Assembly: GCA_000934665.2 (NCBI GenBank)
Contig: KZ538190.1
Coordinates: 1-64,000, forward strand
DNA from: Catajapyx aquilonaris
Lineage: Eukaryota
Direction of reading: 5' to 3'
Length of the DNA stretch: 64,000 bases
In this document: positions 50,901 through 64,000 of the stretch, one piece after another
Layout of the letters: every line of letters starts with the position of its first letter
Numbering within the stretch: position 1 is the first letter of the stretch
Notes under the pieces: model-generated
Database searches by the model: none
What the model was told of the DNA's origin: nothing
Seen by the model: only the letters and a program-made list of their open reading frames with translations
Program-made: the position numbers and the translations under genes

Positions 50901-51614
50901 AAATTGTTTATCAAAAAGGTGTATGTCCCAAAATTAGTCGCCCTGCTGTTGTGTCAATTTGTTAAAGGACATAAATTACGCACCAGCTAGTTATGGTAAA
51001 ACCAAACACACTAGGAATTGTTATCAATTTTAATGTGGGCAAATACATATTTGCAAACTATGCATTTGTTGCCTATTCTTGCGCCTATTAATTGAAGTAT
51101 TATTTTGGAGTCTGCAACAGTTACACGGACTACAAATTGGCGCAACTAAAAAGCAGGGCTGTACAGAGTAACTCAAAATCCCCTAAAAGCCGACGCGATA
51201 TTTCATCACTTACGCCAAGTTTGAGCTCGTATAGTGTACGGTGCCATGTAATTTCAAAATGTTAATCTCGAAAGTTAGAGTTACGAAGTTTTTAAAAAGG
51301 ATCAGCTATAATACCATGCGTGTTATTAAATTATCATTTGTTTGCACTGCTCACATCCACCTTATATAACCTGTACAATATGTTCTAGCAGTTTTAAGGA
51401 CTATTATGATTCGTTCTTTCACTTTCTGTTGCAGTGATTCAGAGCGTCTAGCAATCTCGACCAAACGCAAAAAAAAAAAAAACGGTTTAAAAACAACTAG
51501 CAGTGGAGAGTTAGCATAACGATGAGACTATATACATAATAATGTATAAAACGAGGTAGACCTCTGCATAATCCACATTTATTAAGCCTCATATAACTAG
51601 GCTACATGAATATA

Positions 51615-51976
51615 CAGGGTGAACCAAAATGCTTGTCCGACTAATGTTGGCACTAAGCTGCTTTGTACTTTTGCAGTCAGCTTTTAATGGTTATCAAAAG
51701 CTGATTTTAGGTCGCATGTACCCATCCTTTTTAAAGCCTGCTAGTGGATCCCATCTGGCATGTACAACGTGGGTTCTGTCATAGACGAGAGATGCCAATT
51801 GTTCCACGGTTCCAACGGGATATTCGTAAGTGAACATGCGGTTCAGAAACTGAATGGATGATTCAGTTCGGCCTAATTTTAGCAGCAACATTTTTGGTCA
51901 CCATTAAAAGTAACTGCTAAAATAAGCCGCTTATCAGTAAGTCATATTTGTGGGGCAAGTATTTTGGACAGCCCTG
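51615..51976. mobile_element. Degenerate TA-flanked MITE (CAGGG termini)
   Basis: Left end TA|cagggtgaaccaaaatgcttgtcc versus right-end revcomp TA|cagggctgtccaaaatacttgccc. An inner inverted block also matches (gcagtcagcttttaatggttatcaaaa / ttttggtcaccattaaaagtaactgc). Confidence 0.75.
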
Positions 51977-54900
51977 TATATATTTCTCATCACAATTCGT
52001 ATTATTTGCAGATTACACATTATCTTAAATGCCTAATGTTATATTCACTGCCCTTTTAACATTCAGGCTGCGTAGTTCGGAATAATGACTTCCAGACGTT
52101 ACGTGTATAAACACCTGCACCCACTTTTAACCCACCAGACACCTTTTCTTCTACACACAAATAAGCTAGTGTTGAAATCATATTTGGGGAAATGGAACAG
52201 CCAAGGAACCATATTCTTGAACCCATGCCAGTTGAGGAATCACAAATAGCCTGATCTGATTCTTTGTAACCATTATTAATAAACTATTTCAGTCTGCGCT
52301 GTTAAGTGGGAAAGGTTCAAAACTGAATGTAGAGGTTAAAATGATATTATAACATTACCCTGCCTCGAGTGTCATTATGCAAAACCAGGGTCACAGAAAG
52401 CACACTTCACAGAAGAAACTAAAAGCTCGTGTAACATTTCTAAGTGCCAACGTCGGTTCATATTCCACTGCTGTTTTGTTTTAAAACCATGGTATAAAAT
52501 ATTTATGAACTGTATGAACTCTCCATAAATCTATGTGGCAGCTCCCCAACTGCATACAAGTTCTGCAAAAAAAATCGCTACATTCAAAGACATCCCCGCC
52601 ACCGTAACATTTATCATGCATATTCTCCCACTCCTATACAATATAACTTCCATTCATGTCACTCCATATGTGCTCTCCACTATTTAACAATACCTCACAT
52701 TATAAACCCACTACCCCCACTGACGTCACCCTATCTCATATAGATCCCCTTTGAAAAAAAAAACGAACTGTCACCACTGATTTGACCCTCGAACCAAACA
52801 TAAAATAACATTAGAAAAGTTAGTCGTGTGAATCTGTGCACATGAAGTCCCGGAAGGTGGTCTGCGGCAAACGTAGGGGAGTGCAAGTGACAACAAAAGA
52901 CCAAGTGTATTGAGTCTGGCGATGGGAAGAGCTGAGTAGGCGATGTGGTAGTGGCGACTGCGGCTATGAGGGGGGAAGTGGAGGTCTCTTAAGTGTATGT
53001 TATCCGGGTTGGAGACTCCAGTCAGTGAGTCAGTCAATCCGGAATCTGGTGGGGTTGGTAGAAGCTGCGCTTTTGGACCAGGCTCCCATTCCATTCCTTC
53101 CCGCACCTTTCCTCCGGACGGTAATCGCTCCAATAAACGCAGGTCCGCCGCGATTAAATCCCGGTTCATGCCACATTCTTCTTCTTACGGCAAAAAACCA
53201 CTTTTGCCCACCTCGTTCTGTCGGATGAAAAAAGTCGTCCGAGGGGGGGACCAAATTGCCGGATTCTTCACTCTAACTGCTCGCCTGGGTTTATGCCCAG
53301 GAAAAATGGCCTACTCCTTCCTCACCCACCAACTTTCGGCCCAAACTTTTCTTTTTTTTTACCTTCTTTTTCGACGCTGCTTTTCCGGAAGGGCAAGTGA
53401 TTTTTTGACCCGAGTACCGCCTCCACTATCGCGGCTCCGGCTATACTCTTTGGAATTAAGTCTCGGGAACATCCGCGACAAGGAATTACCGTACATCACC
53501 CAAAGGGGGCCGTTTTGTAATTGCTTTTTTTCCCCCCCTATACACAAACCTCTGGGCAGGCAAATGTCAAAAAATTAGCGCCTACACCAAAAGTTACTTT
53601 TTCTCCCACCCAATCAACAAATGAGAATTCAATAAAAATTATGGCCGTCCAATGGTCACCAAAAACGCCCATTAATGGAGTTTGAAAAGCGCAATCGAAA
53701 ATCGAAATATTCAGCCCGAATGGATAATTCCAATGTAATTATCGAAATAATGGTTAAACCTTTCAAAGCCCCTTTTTCCAACTGAGCACAGAAAATAAAT
53801 GTACGTTTAATTATGGCCAACATTACTGGGTGCAATGACACGTGCGCCGCGTAAATCTGTTCCCCATTCCATTGCGGTTCTTAACTTGATTACCAAATAA
53901 AGCATTTCAAATCGTCCTCCACCACACGTCCTCTCTGCAAATAATTCCCAACCCCGTTTGAAAAATACAACAAGGTAGTAAAAAACCGCTATAAAAAACC
54001 CCAGCTCAAGACCAATTTTGGGTCATATAGCCTCGTCCCCCCTAAAAAAAAGTCTCAGGTGTGACACGAATTTGCATGTTTATTGGGGAAAGCAAGCAAG
54101 CGACTCCAATGGACACTTGCTTACACGGATGAGATAATTGACTAACTCCATGCCTGCTCTAGTTTACTTCCAACTGGAGGTTTATTCGGGTCCAAGGGCC
54201 TAGGGAGCCAGGCCCCGGTTATTTTGGTTCAGCGCCACGAGGGCGCCTGTTTGTGTGCGGGGATACTTTTTCTCTTCGACTTTTACCAGATTGCCTTTCC
54301 ATTCCCTAGACATAATAAAAGGAACTGCAGGCCACCTTTTTTTTCTTCCTTGCTACAATGGGACCCCAGTAACCGTGGGCGTTCCGGCTGAAAATGTCCA
54401 AATATTTATAACAAGCCTTCGCAATATTAGATGCGACAGTCCTTTATGAAGAGCAGGAGGTCGGGTTGGTGCTCTCCATCCACTAGGATTGGAAAATTTT
54501 AGTGTTTCCTAACATGTACGCAATTACATTTGCTATTCAGCATTAAACAGCGAGGTGGGGTGTATGGTAAATGCGCTCCGTGTTGACTAATGGACACTAC
54601 ATCTGCATACTAATTGTTTTAATGTGGGTTGGCTTTTGCCACTTAGGGAGATGAAACCAAACTGACGTTGACCACAAATTGATTCATCAACGCTAAGTGG
54701 AAGCAAACATAAACAAACCTGCAATTAAGTGCTGATCTTCATTCGCTTTTTAATTAAGACGTGCCATCAAATGTGGCCTCCATACAACATGTCACCCTCA
54801 CGATTTGTATATAGTCCCAGCTGATTTCGCCTGTTGCTGGGAATATCCCCACCATGCAGCAGACTATCTGCGTTCCTTCCAATTCCACGTGGAGAAGCGT

Positions 54901-57900
54901 CAGGGTTTTCCAACCTGTTGCTAAACGCTGGCGCCAAAGTTTTCCTTCTTTCTCTCTCTCTCCCCTCCCTCCCTCTCCTCCTCTCTCCCGCAAACAAAGC
55001 TTCCCTTATTGGCTCCGGGGCAAACTTGGCCCCAGAATCGTTCTCCTTGGAGGATTACCCGCCAGCATTGATCCCAGCTTTTTTCTTATTTTTTTTTTAG
55101 TTCCAGGAAAGCCAGGGCTAAAATTAAGTCCTGGCCAGACTCAGGCTATTTAATCAAGGGGAACTTGGGCTCAACTTTGGACAGCTCTAATAAGGCTTCC
55201 AGGAGCACAACACGAACTGCCTGCTGTCTTTCCTCGACAGAATATTGTCTCCATCGCGACCTCCACCGTTTTATTCCGGCCCAATTGACATTCCCGTCGT
55301 ATTCAGGTGGGAACCTGGTAGTTACCCCCCCCTTAACCCCCTGCAAACTATTAATGGGACTCGGCAAACTTGTTTCGATCACTATACGCCCTTCTCCTCC
55401 TCCTCCTCAAAAAAAAAAAGAAAAAAAAAAAGAAGAGGGTAGAGTGAATAAAAAGTTTTCCCATTTCTTGGTCTGACAAGACGCGGGAGTGATGGGCGGG
55501 ATTCTTACAAAACCAGGCATAATGAGCCACCCTGGCGAAAACTTTTTTCGCACTATTTTTGTTGGCCGCTGTTGCAGGATCTAATGTTCAGGTATAGCGC
55601 CATAACCCAGGCCCGGGCAGAAGGCTATAAAATCCCAATTTGATATCCATAACTCGAGATGAACTCGTCATAAACAGTGTCGTAGCTTAATCAGTGGCAA
55701 AGTGAAGTGCTATTAAGTGGAAGTTATGCGATGATGGAGTACAGGCAGTGTATCAATGTCGTCTTATTTACACTTTTTTTTAGGGGGGTTGGGTTGGGTG
55801 GAATTTTTGCCTATTCGAGAGACTGTCAACTGGAGTGATTTGTTCGTTGTCGGTGATGTTTGCAGCCTCCTGATTTATTCTGCATACAAGGGCCCCGTTT
55901 TTATCGCCAAATGCGCAGGAGTATTTGCATCTAAACAGGGAGATAATGAGTCATCTCATCGATTACTAAGCAAACTTTGCTCGTAAATTACTATGGGATA
56001 TGTATTTTTATGGCCACGTTTTACACCCCAGGAGAAGCACCAAATTTTCTTCGTATTTATGCGTAAACACATGGCTGACCACCGCTGTTAATGTGCACTG
56101 TCAACTGCACACAATGCTGAGGAAAAAAGCACACATTTATTCGTGGTATCGAGGGTGACATTTTCGGGCTTCAATGAATCAGTTTCACTAGTTCCACCGA
56201 ATTTGAATTTAAACCGCCACTGTTTTCATTTCCATTTTAGTGACAGGCCTACTAAACCTCTGGCAGTGTGACACGACGCGATTACAAATCGCGTGGTATT
56301 TAAACTTCCATTAGATCGCCCCTTACAGGTCGACAATGCGTGATACATCAGAGACGCACAAGTCATCTCATTTCCAGGATAAGCCTCCCCCCCCCCNCCC
56401 CCCCCCCCAATATTGCGAAAACAAGTTTTCCAGCGTTAATGATCCAGTTGTTTTGTCGCTGTCACTTAAAACGGCAATAATTTCAAGCAAGCAGTTACAA
56501 CATATGGGTATGTGCGACTTGACGCAGCTGCACGCCATATTTTATAACTGCTTATTGAACGTAGTTGCAAGTTTAGTACAGTCATCCCCCCGGTCTGGCA
56601 ACAATTACGACACTCCTTCAGGGAAAGACTGTACTCATAGGCGTCGGCCATTACAAGTCCGTTATAAACAGGCTACAAACCGGTTGCGAATTTATGTTGC
56701 GATAATTGTTCATGCCGTCTGGTGAACCTGCCAGCAAAAATCGACTGGATGACCCCTAAAATATGACCGCTGTTGTATATTGGTGCCACTAGACCGTCCT
56801 ATGTCCTCACAACATTAGAAGTAAACAGAGGCAGTCTGGCATGAATAAAAACCATGCACCTGCGAGTCTCCTAATGGGAGATGGCCTGCCAAGCGTGCTA
56901 GACTCGGCCAGCTACTTACTTGGCTTGGTCACAGCCCACTGGCCTTGAGCTGTGAGAACAACATGCTCGTGGGAGAGGTGACCGACCCATCTTCTCGCGG
57001 GTCCCACGTCTTTTTTACCCCCTTCTACCCCCTGCACAACCCATGACGTCATCCACAGGCGTGTGCAGTTGCTGACCTGTGACCATACCACATGGCGGAG
57101 GGGTGTGGACCACGTGCGCGGGCCAATGCAAAAGGGGACCGGTAGGGGGTCCTGTCCTGACTTCCGGTCACGCTCGTGCAGGCCTACCATTTCTGTTTTT
57201 GTTTCGCGATTCCCGGTCACTTCCGTCTGCCTTCCGGGGACAAACGGCTACATTTCCTATTTAGACGCCCACTTCTTTTTTTAAACGGCCTAATATTATT
57301 TTAAGGCCCTTTTTTGAGTCTGGTAGGAGTCAGGGGCGCATAAAAATATCGCCCCATCCATTCGTTAGCGGAATGCATAAATGAGAGGAAAGAGTCCTCC
57401 AACATAAAATAAACGGGCGAGAAATTGATCCTAACCAGTTCGTGTGCATAAACAATCTCCGGCGGAAAGATAAACGCTGTAAAGTTGTGTCGGCCTGATC
57501 CTGGAAATGGGTCGCTGGAAAAATAAATGGTGGAGAAAATTCGAGCAACTTGCTTCTCCAAAAACGTCAGCATTTATTACTAGCTCAAAAAATTTTATAC
57601 CCTCCCCGTACTTTTCTTCTTCCCGGCTCAGGACACTTGGGGATGCAATGCCATGGGCCCATCCGAAGCGATTACGCTTTTTGTGTGAGAGAACTAGGGG
57701 GGTCCTCCCACGCCCCCCTCCCCCTCTCAACCCATACAAGGCCCTGTACACTCCCTCCTATCCCGTTTCCCTATGTTGCGATGCTATCTCATGCGAATTG
57801 CCTTTTAACCCGCCAACATTTCGCACGCAATCTGCCCGGCGCAACAGAGCACTAAAACAGCACTAAGTGCCTAGGCCAGCTGAAAATTTATACATTCAAT

Positions 57901-59478
57901 TCATATTGCAGAATGGTTTGAAAATTCTGGGGTGACGTCAAAAGTGGAGGGGGGTTGACCACCTCGGATCATTTCCTCCCCATCAGGCACCATAAACGGC
58001 GGAGTTTGCGAATCGTGCTGATTTTTGCACACCCTGCCAAATGTGTGCGGATTTCCGGGCCGGCTAAGGCCAAAGGCAGGGCTCGAAGAGAGAAAGAGGG
58101 TTGGAGGAAACCACATTAGGTCATGATTTGAACAGCGCCGCAATAGACACTGGCATCAGGGCCCTTTGATCCCAGCCTATCTGCTTCGTAAGGGTGCCAA
58201 CTGCGCCATTTAAATCACACATTTACGGTGCGCCACCTCGTCTTATCGGACTTAATTGCGCGCAATTCCAACACTTCAGCGCCTCATCTTAGTGACCATC
58301 TAAATCGCCCCGGCGTATAATTACACACGACCCCGCGTGCGATAGTGCGGTCAAAACGCTCCTGTAACACGTTCCCGCCCAAACGTATTTTCCATTCCAG
58401 ATGCAAAACAAAACAGTCAGTGTCGCGGTCGCGCCGTCTCTAATGTCCCTTTGTCTTCCGGACTTTTACGATGTGGTAGACGAGAGAGGCTTGCAAGCGC
58501 GCCTCTTGGCAAAAACAAACAACCCGTGATTCATTCGGGGGGGGGGGGGGGGGGGGGNGGAACAAAGGTGCTCATTTGTACCAGCCCAGCACCCTCGATT
58601 GTCACAAGCCCTCAATACTTGGTATGCTCAAAATGCTTGCACCTATTGTGTCAGGAGGCGTGCACACCTGGCTGCATCATTATAATAAGCTCAGTGTCTA
58701 TGTAATGAATTGCATTAATATTCAACCTATCTGAACTGGCCACAATAATAGCTACAGGTGTAACTAAGCAACTTGCTTGATTCAGCTTACACATACCAAG
58801 TTTTCGGAGGGAGGGTCTTTCGGTTAAAACTTTGCACGTCAATGCATGTCATTACTTGGAAGAGGGTTTTTCCAACCCTCCCTCCCCCCCTTCTTTTCTA
58901 CACTAGCCAAGCAGGGGCTGGCAAGGATCCTCAATTTGCAAGTTAGTGGGGCGATTGCATACGTAACGAAGCGCCTCCAGGATACTTTTGCTCATAATCG
59001 GATCCAGCTTAACTCACTAAGCACGAATACTGTACCCAAATAATGGCCTGCAGCGCTGCCCCGGATCGGCTATCCATGGAAAGATGGATTTTTTTTTGTC
59101 CTCCCCCCCCCCCCNNNNNNTTTTTTTTTTGGGGGGGGGGAGGGGGAGGCTGGGAGTCGTCGATTGTGTTCCAGAGAAAAAATCACCGTAGGGGAGTTTT
59201 AAAAATAAAAAAAAACCTTTGTTCACAAATCGTGCTGCGGTTCATTTCGGGAGCCAAGGTAGCGGCCAGCAATTTTGCATCAAAAAGAGGTGGTGTGTGT
59301 GCATCGTGTAGGTAGAACAACTGCAATTACCACCCAAATTATATTTGGACTGGGAAGCTGACTTTGAGTGCTGGGGAGTAATTACTTCTCGTGTGCACAA
59401 GTTCAAGCCCGGGCCCCCGGTCCCTTTGACAGCACAATCCTCCTACAGATGTTTCCACCAATGCAACACAAAAACTGG

Positions 59479-59628
59479 GTACTGCCGGTACGAGTATATC
59501 CATGGGAAGGCCGGACGATTGATGATTAATGGGAACGTCCGAATTTATTATCGCGGACCTGCAATAATAAAATTCGGTACAGCTGAACAGCAAGCCGGTC
59601 CCTCTATTCATCCGTACCTGCCACGTAC
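59479..59628. repeat. Degenerate 150-bp palindrome (old MITE-like)
   Basis: Core ccgaatttattat / ataataaaattcgg (59539-59577). Outer gtactgccggtacgagtatat / attcatccgtacctgccacgtac. Confidence 0.6.
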
Positions 59629-62600
59629 TGCAGCCTGTGCACTAATGAAAAAATAATGCGACACGTCCAGCACACTGGAGCCGACGATTGCGACACGTCA
59701 GACTCGTCACTCTCGCGGGGAAGGTGTACAGAACCTCGGTGATAAATGCGCAACCCAGCAGCCCTGGCTCTCAATTACCCGGGGAAACTAGGAGAGACAA
59801 ATAAAAATAGTCTGGCCTCTAGTTTATAACTTTCAATAGGTAACTTTATAATGGTATGCAGTAAGTCCTTGCAGGTGCTCAAGTTTGTCTCCGGAAAGCA
59901 GGTAAAAGTAGTAGAAAAGAAATATATAAATGAGAATGTCGAGGGGGTGGGTGGGTGGAGGTGAATTTTCGCCACTGTTGTTAGGAAATGGGCAAGTTGG
60001 GAATTGCACAGCAGTGCTTTTAGAAAGCGGGAGGAAGAAAATTATGAGATTTGCGCGCCCATAAAGACGGGCCATTTCGCTGACTCGGGATAAGAACAAT
60101 CTATCGAAAGGCACTTAGGACCCGGCGACGAGAGTGCATCTGGCCCTTTGAGCCGCGGTATCGCTGCAACACTGTTTCGATACCATCCTCGTGTCGAGGA
60201 ATGGTAGAAACAAAAAAAATTGATGCTACAGTTCATTCAATCTAATCAAGTATGGTGGAAAAGCTGGTAAAGTGACATGAAAGGGTACACCAGGGTTCTC
60301 CTATTTAAAACCTGCGCCATGCCGAATTTCCGCTTTAACCAATACTGTGCATCGGTTTTCACGATGTTGACTTGTCTCGGTCAGAGACTGACCGCGATGC
60401 CTCCGGGGATAGACGGCATACAAAAGGACCACTGTCCTATTCGAAAAATACACCAAACTACAAGAGCAGTGGGCTCTTTTGAAGCGCGCCAGCTTGTTTG
60501 GAACTTATCCGGTTGCACTACGTGTTTATTTTTCAACAAAGCAAGCAGGCACCGGTTTTGCTCTTTGTCCATTGTGTCATGCTCTTTTTAGAAACTTTAT
60601 TACCCCCGTCAATTTGTTTAGCCGGTACTGAAAGACGCATTTTTGTTTACATCCTGCAAAAGTTATTCTCTTTTGTTATTTTCCAGCCTCCTCCAACCCA
60701 CCGGTGATTTCCCAGAGAAAACAATATTACGGAGGTGAGAAGGAAGACAACAGGTCCTTGAATTGAAATGAAGGGTGGCAAGAGAGAGAGCTTGTTAGGT
60801 CCCGCAACGTCCCCCTGCCCACAAAATAGGCAATATCCCAGGGACGCAGTTGCCTTTGAGGGGCCAAAGAAATCCATTACCGTGTACACACACACACGCA
60901 CCCACCCACCCTCACAAACACTACTCGACATCGGGCGTCGTTACCCGACTTTCCCCTACTACTGTCCCCCTTAGCTCTCTCTCTCTCCCCCACAAAACGT
61001 TACTTTAATGGATTCCGATTCCATCCAGTCACATATAGCATTTCGCCCTCCTCGGGCACTTAAATATTTGATGCTCCTTTATAGAGAGGGAATAACGTCC
61101 CCTCCACCCCACACTGTACCCACCCTTTTCTCGTTTGGGAACGCATGACCAAAGATGGGGGGTCGGAACACCCCTCCACAGCCTAGCCGCCTCCTTTCCC
61201 CGTTCATCGCAAAAGGGAAACCCAAATTGGATTTCTAGCGGGGGTAAGGGGACGGGGAAGATAATGCAATAATTACGCGCATTTCCTACTCATGTAAGTT
61301 GAAGGAGTTGGCTCAGTTCGATTAACGAGGTCTAAGTAGGCTGTCAGGCGTAACCGGGCCTCCTAACGCTAATGCAGTCTCCGCAAACAGCCATAGTTTC
61401 AGCCTCACTTTCCATCCTCGACACTATGATGCCAGGCCTCGTTGGTGCCCACTCGCCCGAATACAGTCTCTAGCTGCCTGCCAACACGCACCTTATCCGC
61501 ACCCCGACCTGTACGTGGTATGGGGGGTTTCCTCTAGTATTCAAGAGAGCTTACAAGTTGGAGCCGATATAAGGCTTCGACACATTTTCCTTCCGTATGA
61601 TAAGTTTAGAGCTGGCTACATACTTTGGACCGAATTTGCTGTCAGGCTCAGAAGCATCGCGCCCTAAATCCGCCACAACAATCGCATAGAAATTCCCTTC
61701 TGCAAGGCCCGCCTCACCACCCCACAACAACCCTTCCAACTCGTCAAAAGTTTGCGCTATTGACTGCTGCCTAACTTTCAACAAACCAGCCATAAACCTG
61801 CAAAAGCTTGGGCCCCAGCCTCTATATATAAACACACGTAATACTCTCACACACCCACACACACCCACACACACAGACAGACAGATTCACCATTATGCCA
61901 CGTGACCCGTACACGACCTTTCAAGTTGTCTGCCCTGGCTTCTGGAAAACGATCCGGGTGATTGATGGCCCAGGCCATATTTTTTTTTTTTGTTTTTATT
62001 TCGAAAATAAAGCGACGGGGGTTTTAGTCTGGGCGGAACTTGATTCCCAAAAGTCCGATTTATCAAAAGCATCTCCCAATATGACTCGCTTCAAGCACTC
62101 ATAATCATGGCTCATCCCCCAAACCATGATTTCATTTCTTTATGTCCCCCTCCAACCTGTCAGTGATGAGCGTGGGGGAATTTTAATGAGGAAAATGCTG
62201 CCAGGATAGGCAAATATTTGAGTTGTATTCGTATGAAATATTTCCCGATTGTCGCACTCTACCTACCGGATTTTGAGGGCAACGTTATTTTTGTGTGTTG
62301 CTGCTGCCGGGGCTTAGTTACCAAGGCAATTGCGGCAAATGGAACCCAAGCCAGCCCTGCAATTAATATCCATACCGCAAAGTAAGTTCTGAGACATCGT
62401 TATAATATTCATGCCGCAAAGCAAATTGTGCTGCTGCCGACATCATTAACCTGTGGAGCAAGGACGGTGGGAAGGTGAGGGCAACCACAATGTCACATTC
62501 TCGAAGCGTACAATACTGTCGCAGAGAGAGTCAGGGTATCCCACCAAGACAGCCCTCCAGGTTTGAGAAATGTTGGCCGTTCGGCCTCAAATCGGGAAAG

Positions 62601-64000
62601 AAAATCTCGCGGGAGGTAGTTGATAAGAGGTCAGCTCCGTCCGCGGTCAGTGTCTCAGGGGCCGAAGGAAAGCCATAAGTCACATTCGTGACCTCCAACT
62701 CCGGCTTGGAAAATGAGGAAGCTCTGACGTGCCCGGCTCCTACAAATGGAGACGCAGCAGGCGAGTCTCTGACCGCCATTACTCAACCCCCCAAGCACTG
62801 TTCGTGTCCAGCACAATTCTGACCTTTTCTCCGCTCCCCCGACAATGCATTTCTCTTAATGAAAAAAAAAAGTTTTGATATCTCTTCCTCTTTTTTTATA
62901 TACTGTATAATGTATAGTGTGTATATAGGGATGGTGGAGTCGACAAGGGCCCGTTAGCATATGCAGGTGAAGTGGGTGGGTGTCTCCGCAAGTCCTCCGA
63001 GTGTCCCCAGGCGGCGCAATGAGAACAAATCGGCGGGCAAGGCGCATAAAATATGGAGGCTGGCAAGCGGTGGAAAATATAGAAAAGCCCCAGGGCGATT
63101 AGAGGCAGGGTCTCGTGCGGCTCTGCGGGGGACGATAATACCGCTTGCTAGGCCTATTAGTTAATGGGTCTGATGCTGCCGGCTGTTACTGTGCCTGCCA
63201 CTGGCACGAGAACAACTACTGTCCTGCTGCCCAAGATTAAGTGGTGCGCTATGCTGGCTTGTTCTTTCCGTGCTGGGGAGAACACCCCCGTCGACTAATG
63301 TTCCGGGAAGCCAGCAGTGGCTTCCAGGAAGGTCAGGGGTGGCCTGCCCAGGTCGACTAATTAGTGTGGAGCTGACCGATCGCACCCCCGCCACGTTTAC
63401 TGAATCTAGCACGCGTCACACGCCCTAGTCAAGTTCGCGTTTGAAAAATGACGCCTCCTACATTAGGGAACATTATCCGGCTCTTACAATATCGAGCGAA
63501 TGAAATGCAATCCCAGAGGCACACTCCAAGGTATAGAGAGAGGACACACACACAAAGAAGGGACTGTACTTATGTATTAATAAGAAGCTAGCCCCCCCCC
63601 CCTCACCCACCCTTTTTCGGAATGCAGAAAGTGTAGGGATAATGTCGTAAAGCACTATGTAGGAGGGGAAAATAAGATAGTGCCGAAGATGTGCTCCGAA
63701 TATTCTGAAAACGACCTTTCAATTATGAAGTAGCTTTTCTTTTTTTTTCCCCTCCCCCTTCTTTCTCGGGGAGTGTGTGCGGGATGGGTGCCAAAGGCAT
63801 TTCCTTGCTCGGCACAAGAAGACAGCAGTCGGAACCAGCGTAGCGTGAAACCCAAAATCGTTATGCAAGGAAATGCGCGGTTCATTTCTGGAGAGAACTC
63901 TGCTTGCAAGAGGTTAGAAGCACATCCGAGCCTAGCCCGGTATAATTATAAGCCTTCCTACAGTAAAGAGAGGACGGGGTATAGGGGGGCACTGTAGGCT

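Overview
Eukaryotic, arthropod-like genomic DNA. The one well-supported gene is a minus-strand echinoid (ed) cell-adhesion receptor: 7 Ig domains, FNIII region, transmembrane helix and a cytoplasmic tail ending IIREIIV*. I reconstructed nine coding exons between 25642 and 2873. All splice sites are GT-AG with consistent phases, giving 3614 coding nt, about 1204 aa. The signal-peptide exon was not found, so 25643-64000 is probably a very large 5' intron. The non-coding DNA contains many fold-back/MITE-like elements, a 78-bp retroposon tail with an 11-bp target-site duplication, microsatellites and poly-C/G runs. Other notable points: a sharp CpG-poor to CpG-rich transition near 10.8 kb, at least seven perfect TGACGTCA sites in the large introns, and a possible decayed spliced gene on the + strand at about 47-49 kb. 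I see no convincing novel biological system, and nearly all other ORFs in the track look spurious.
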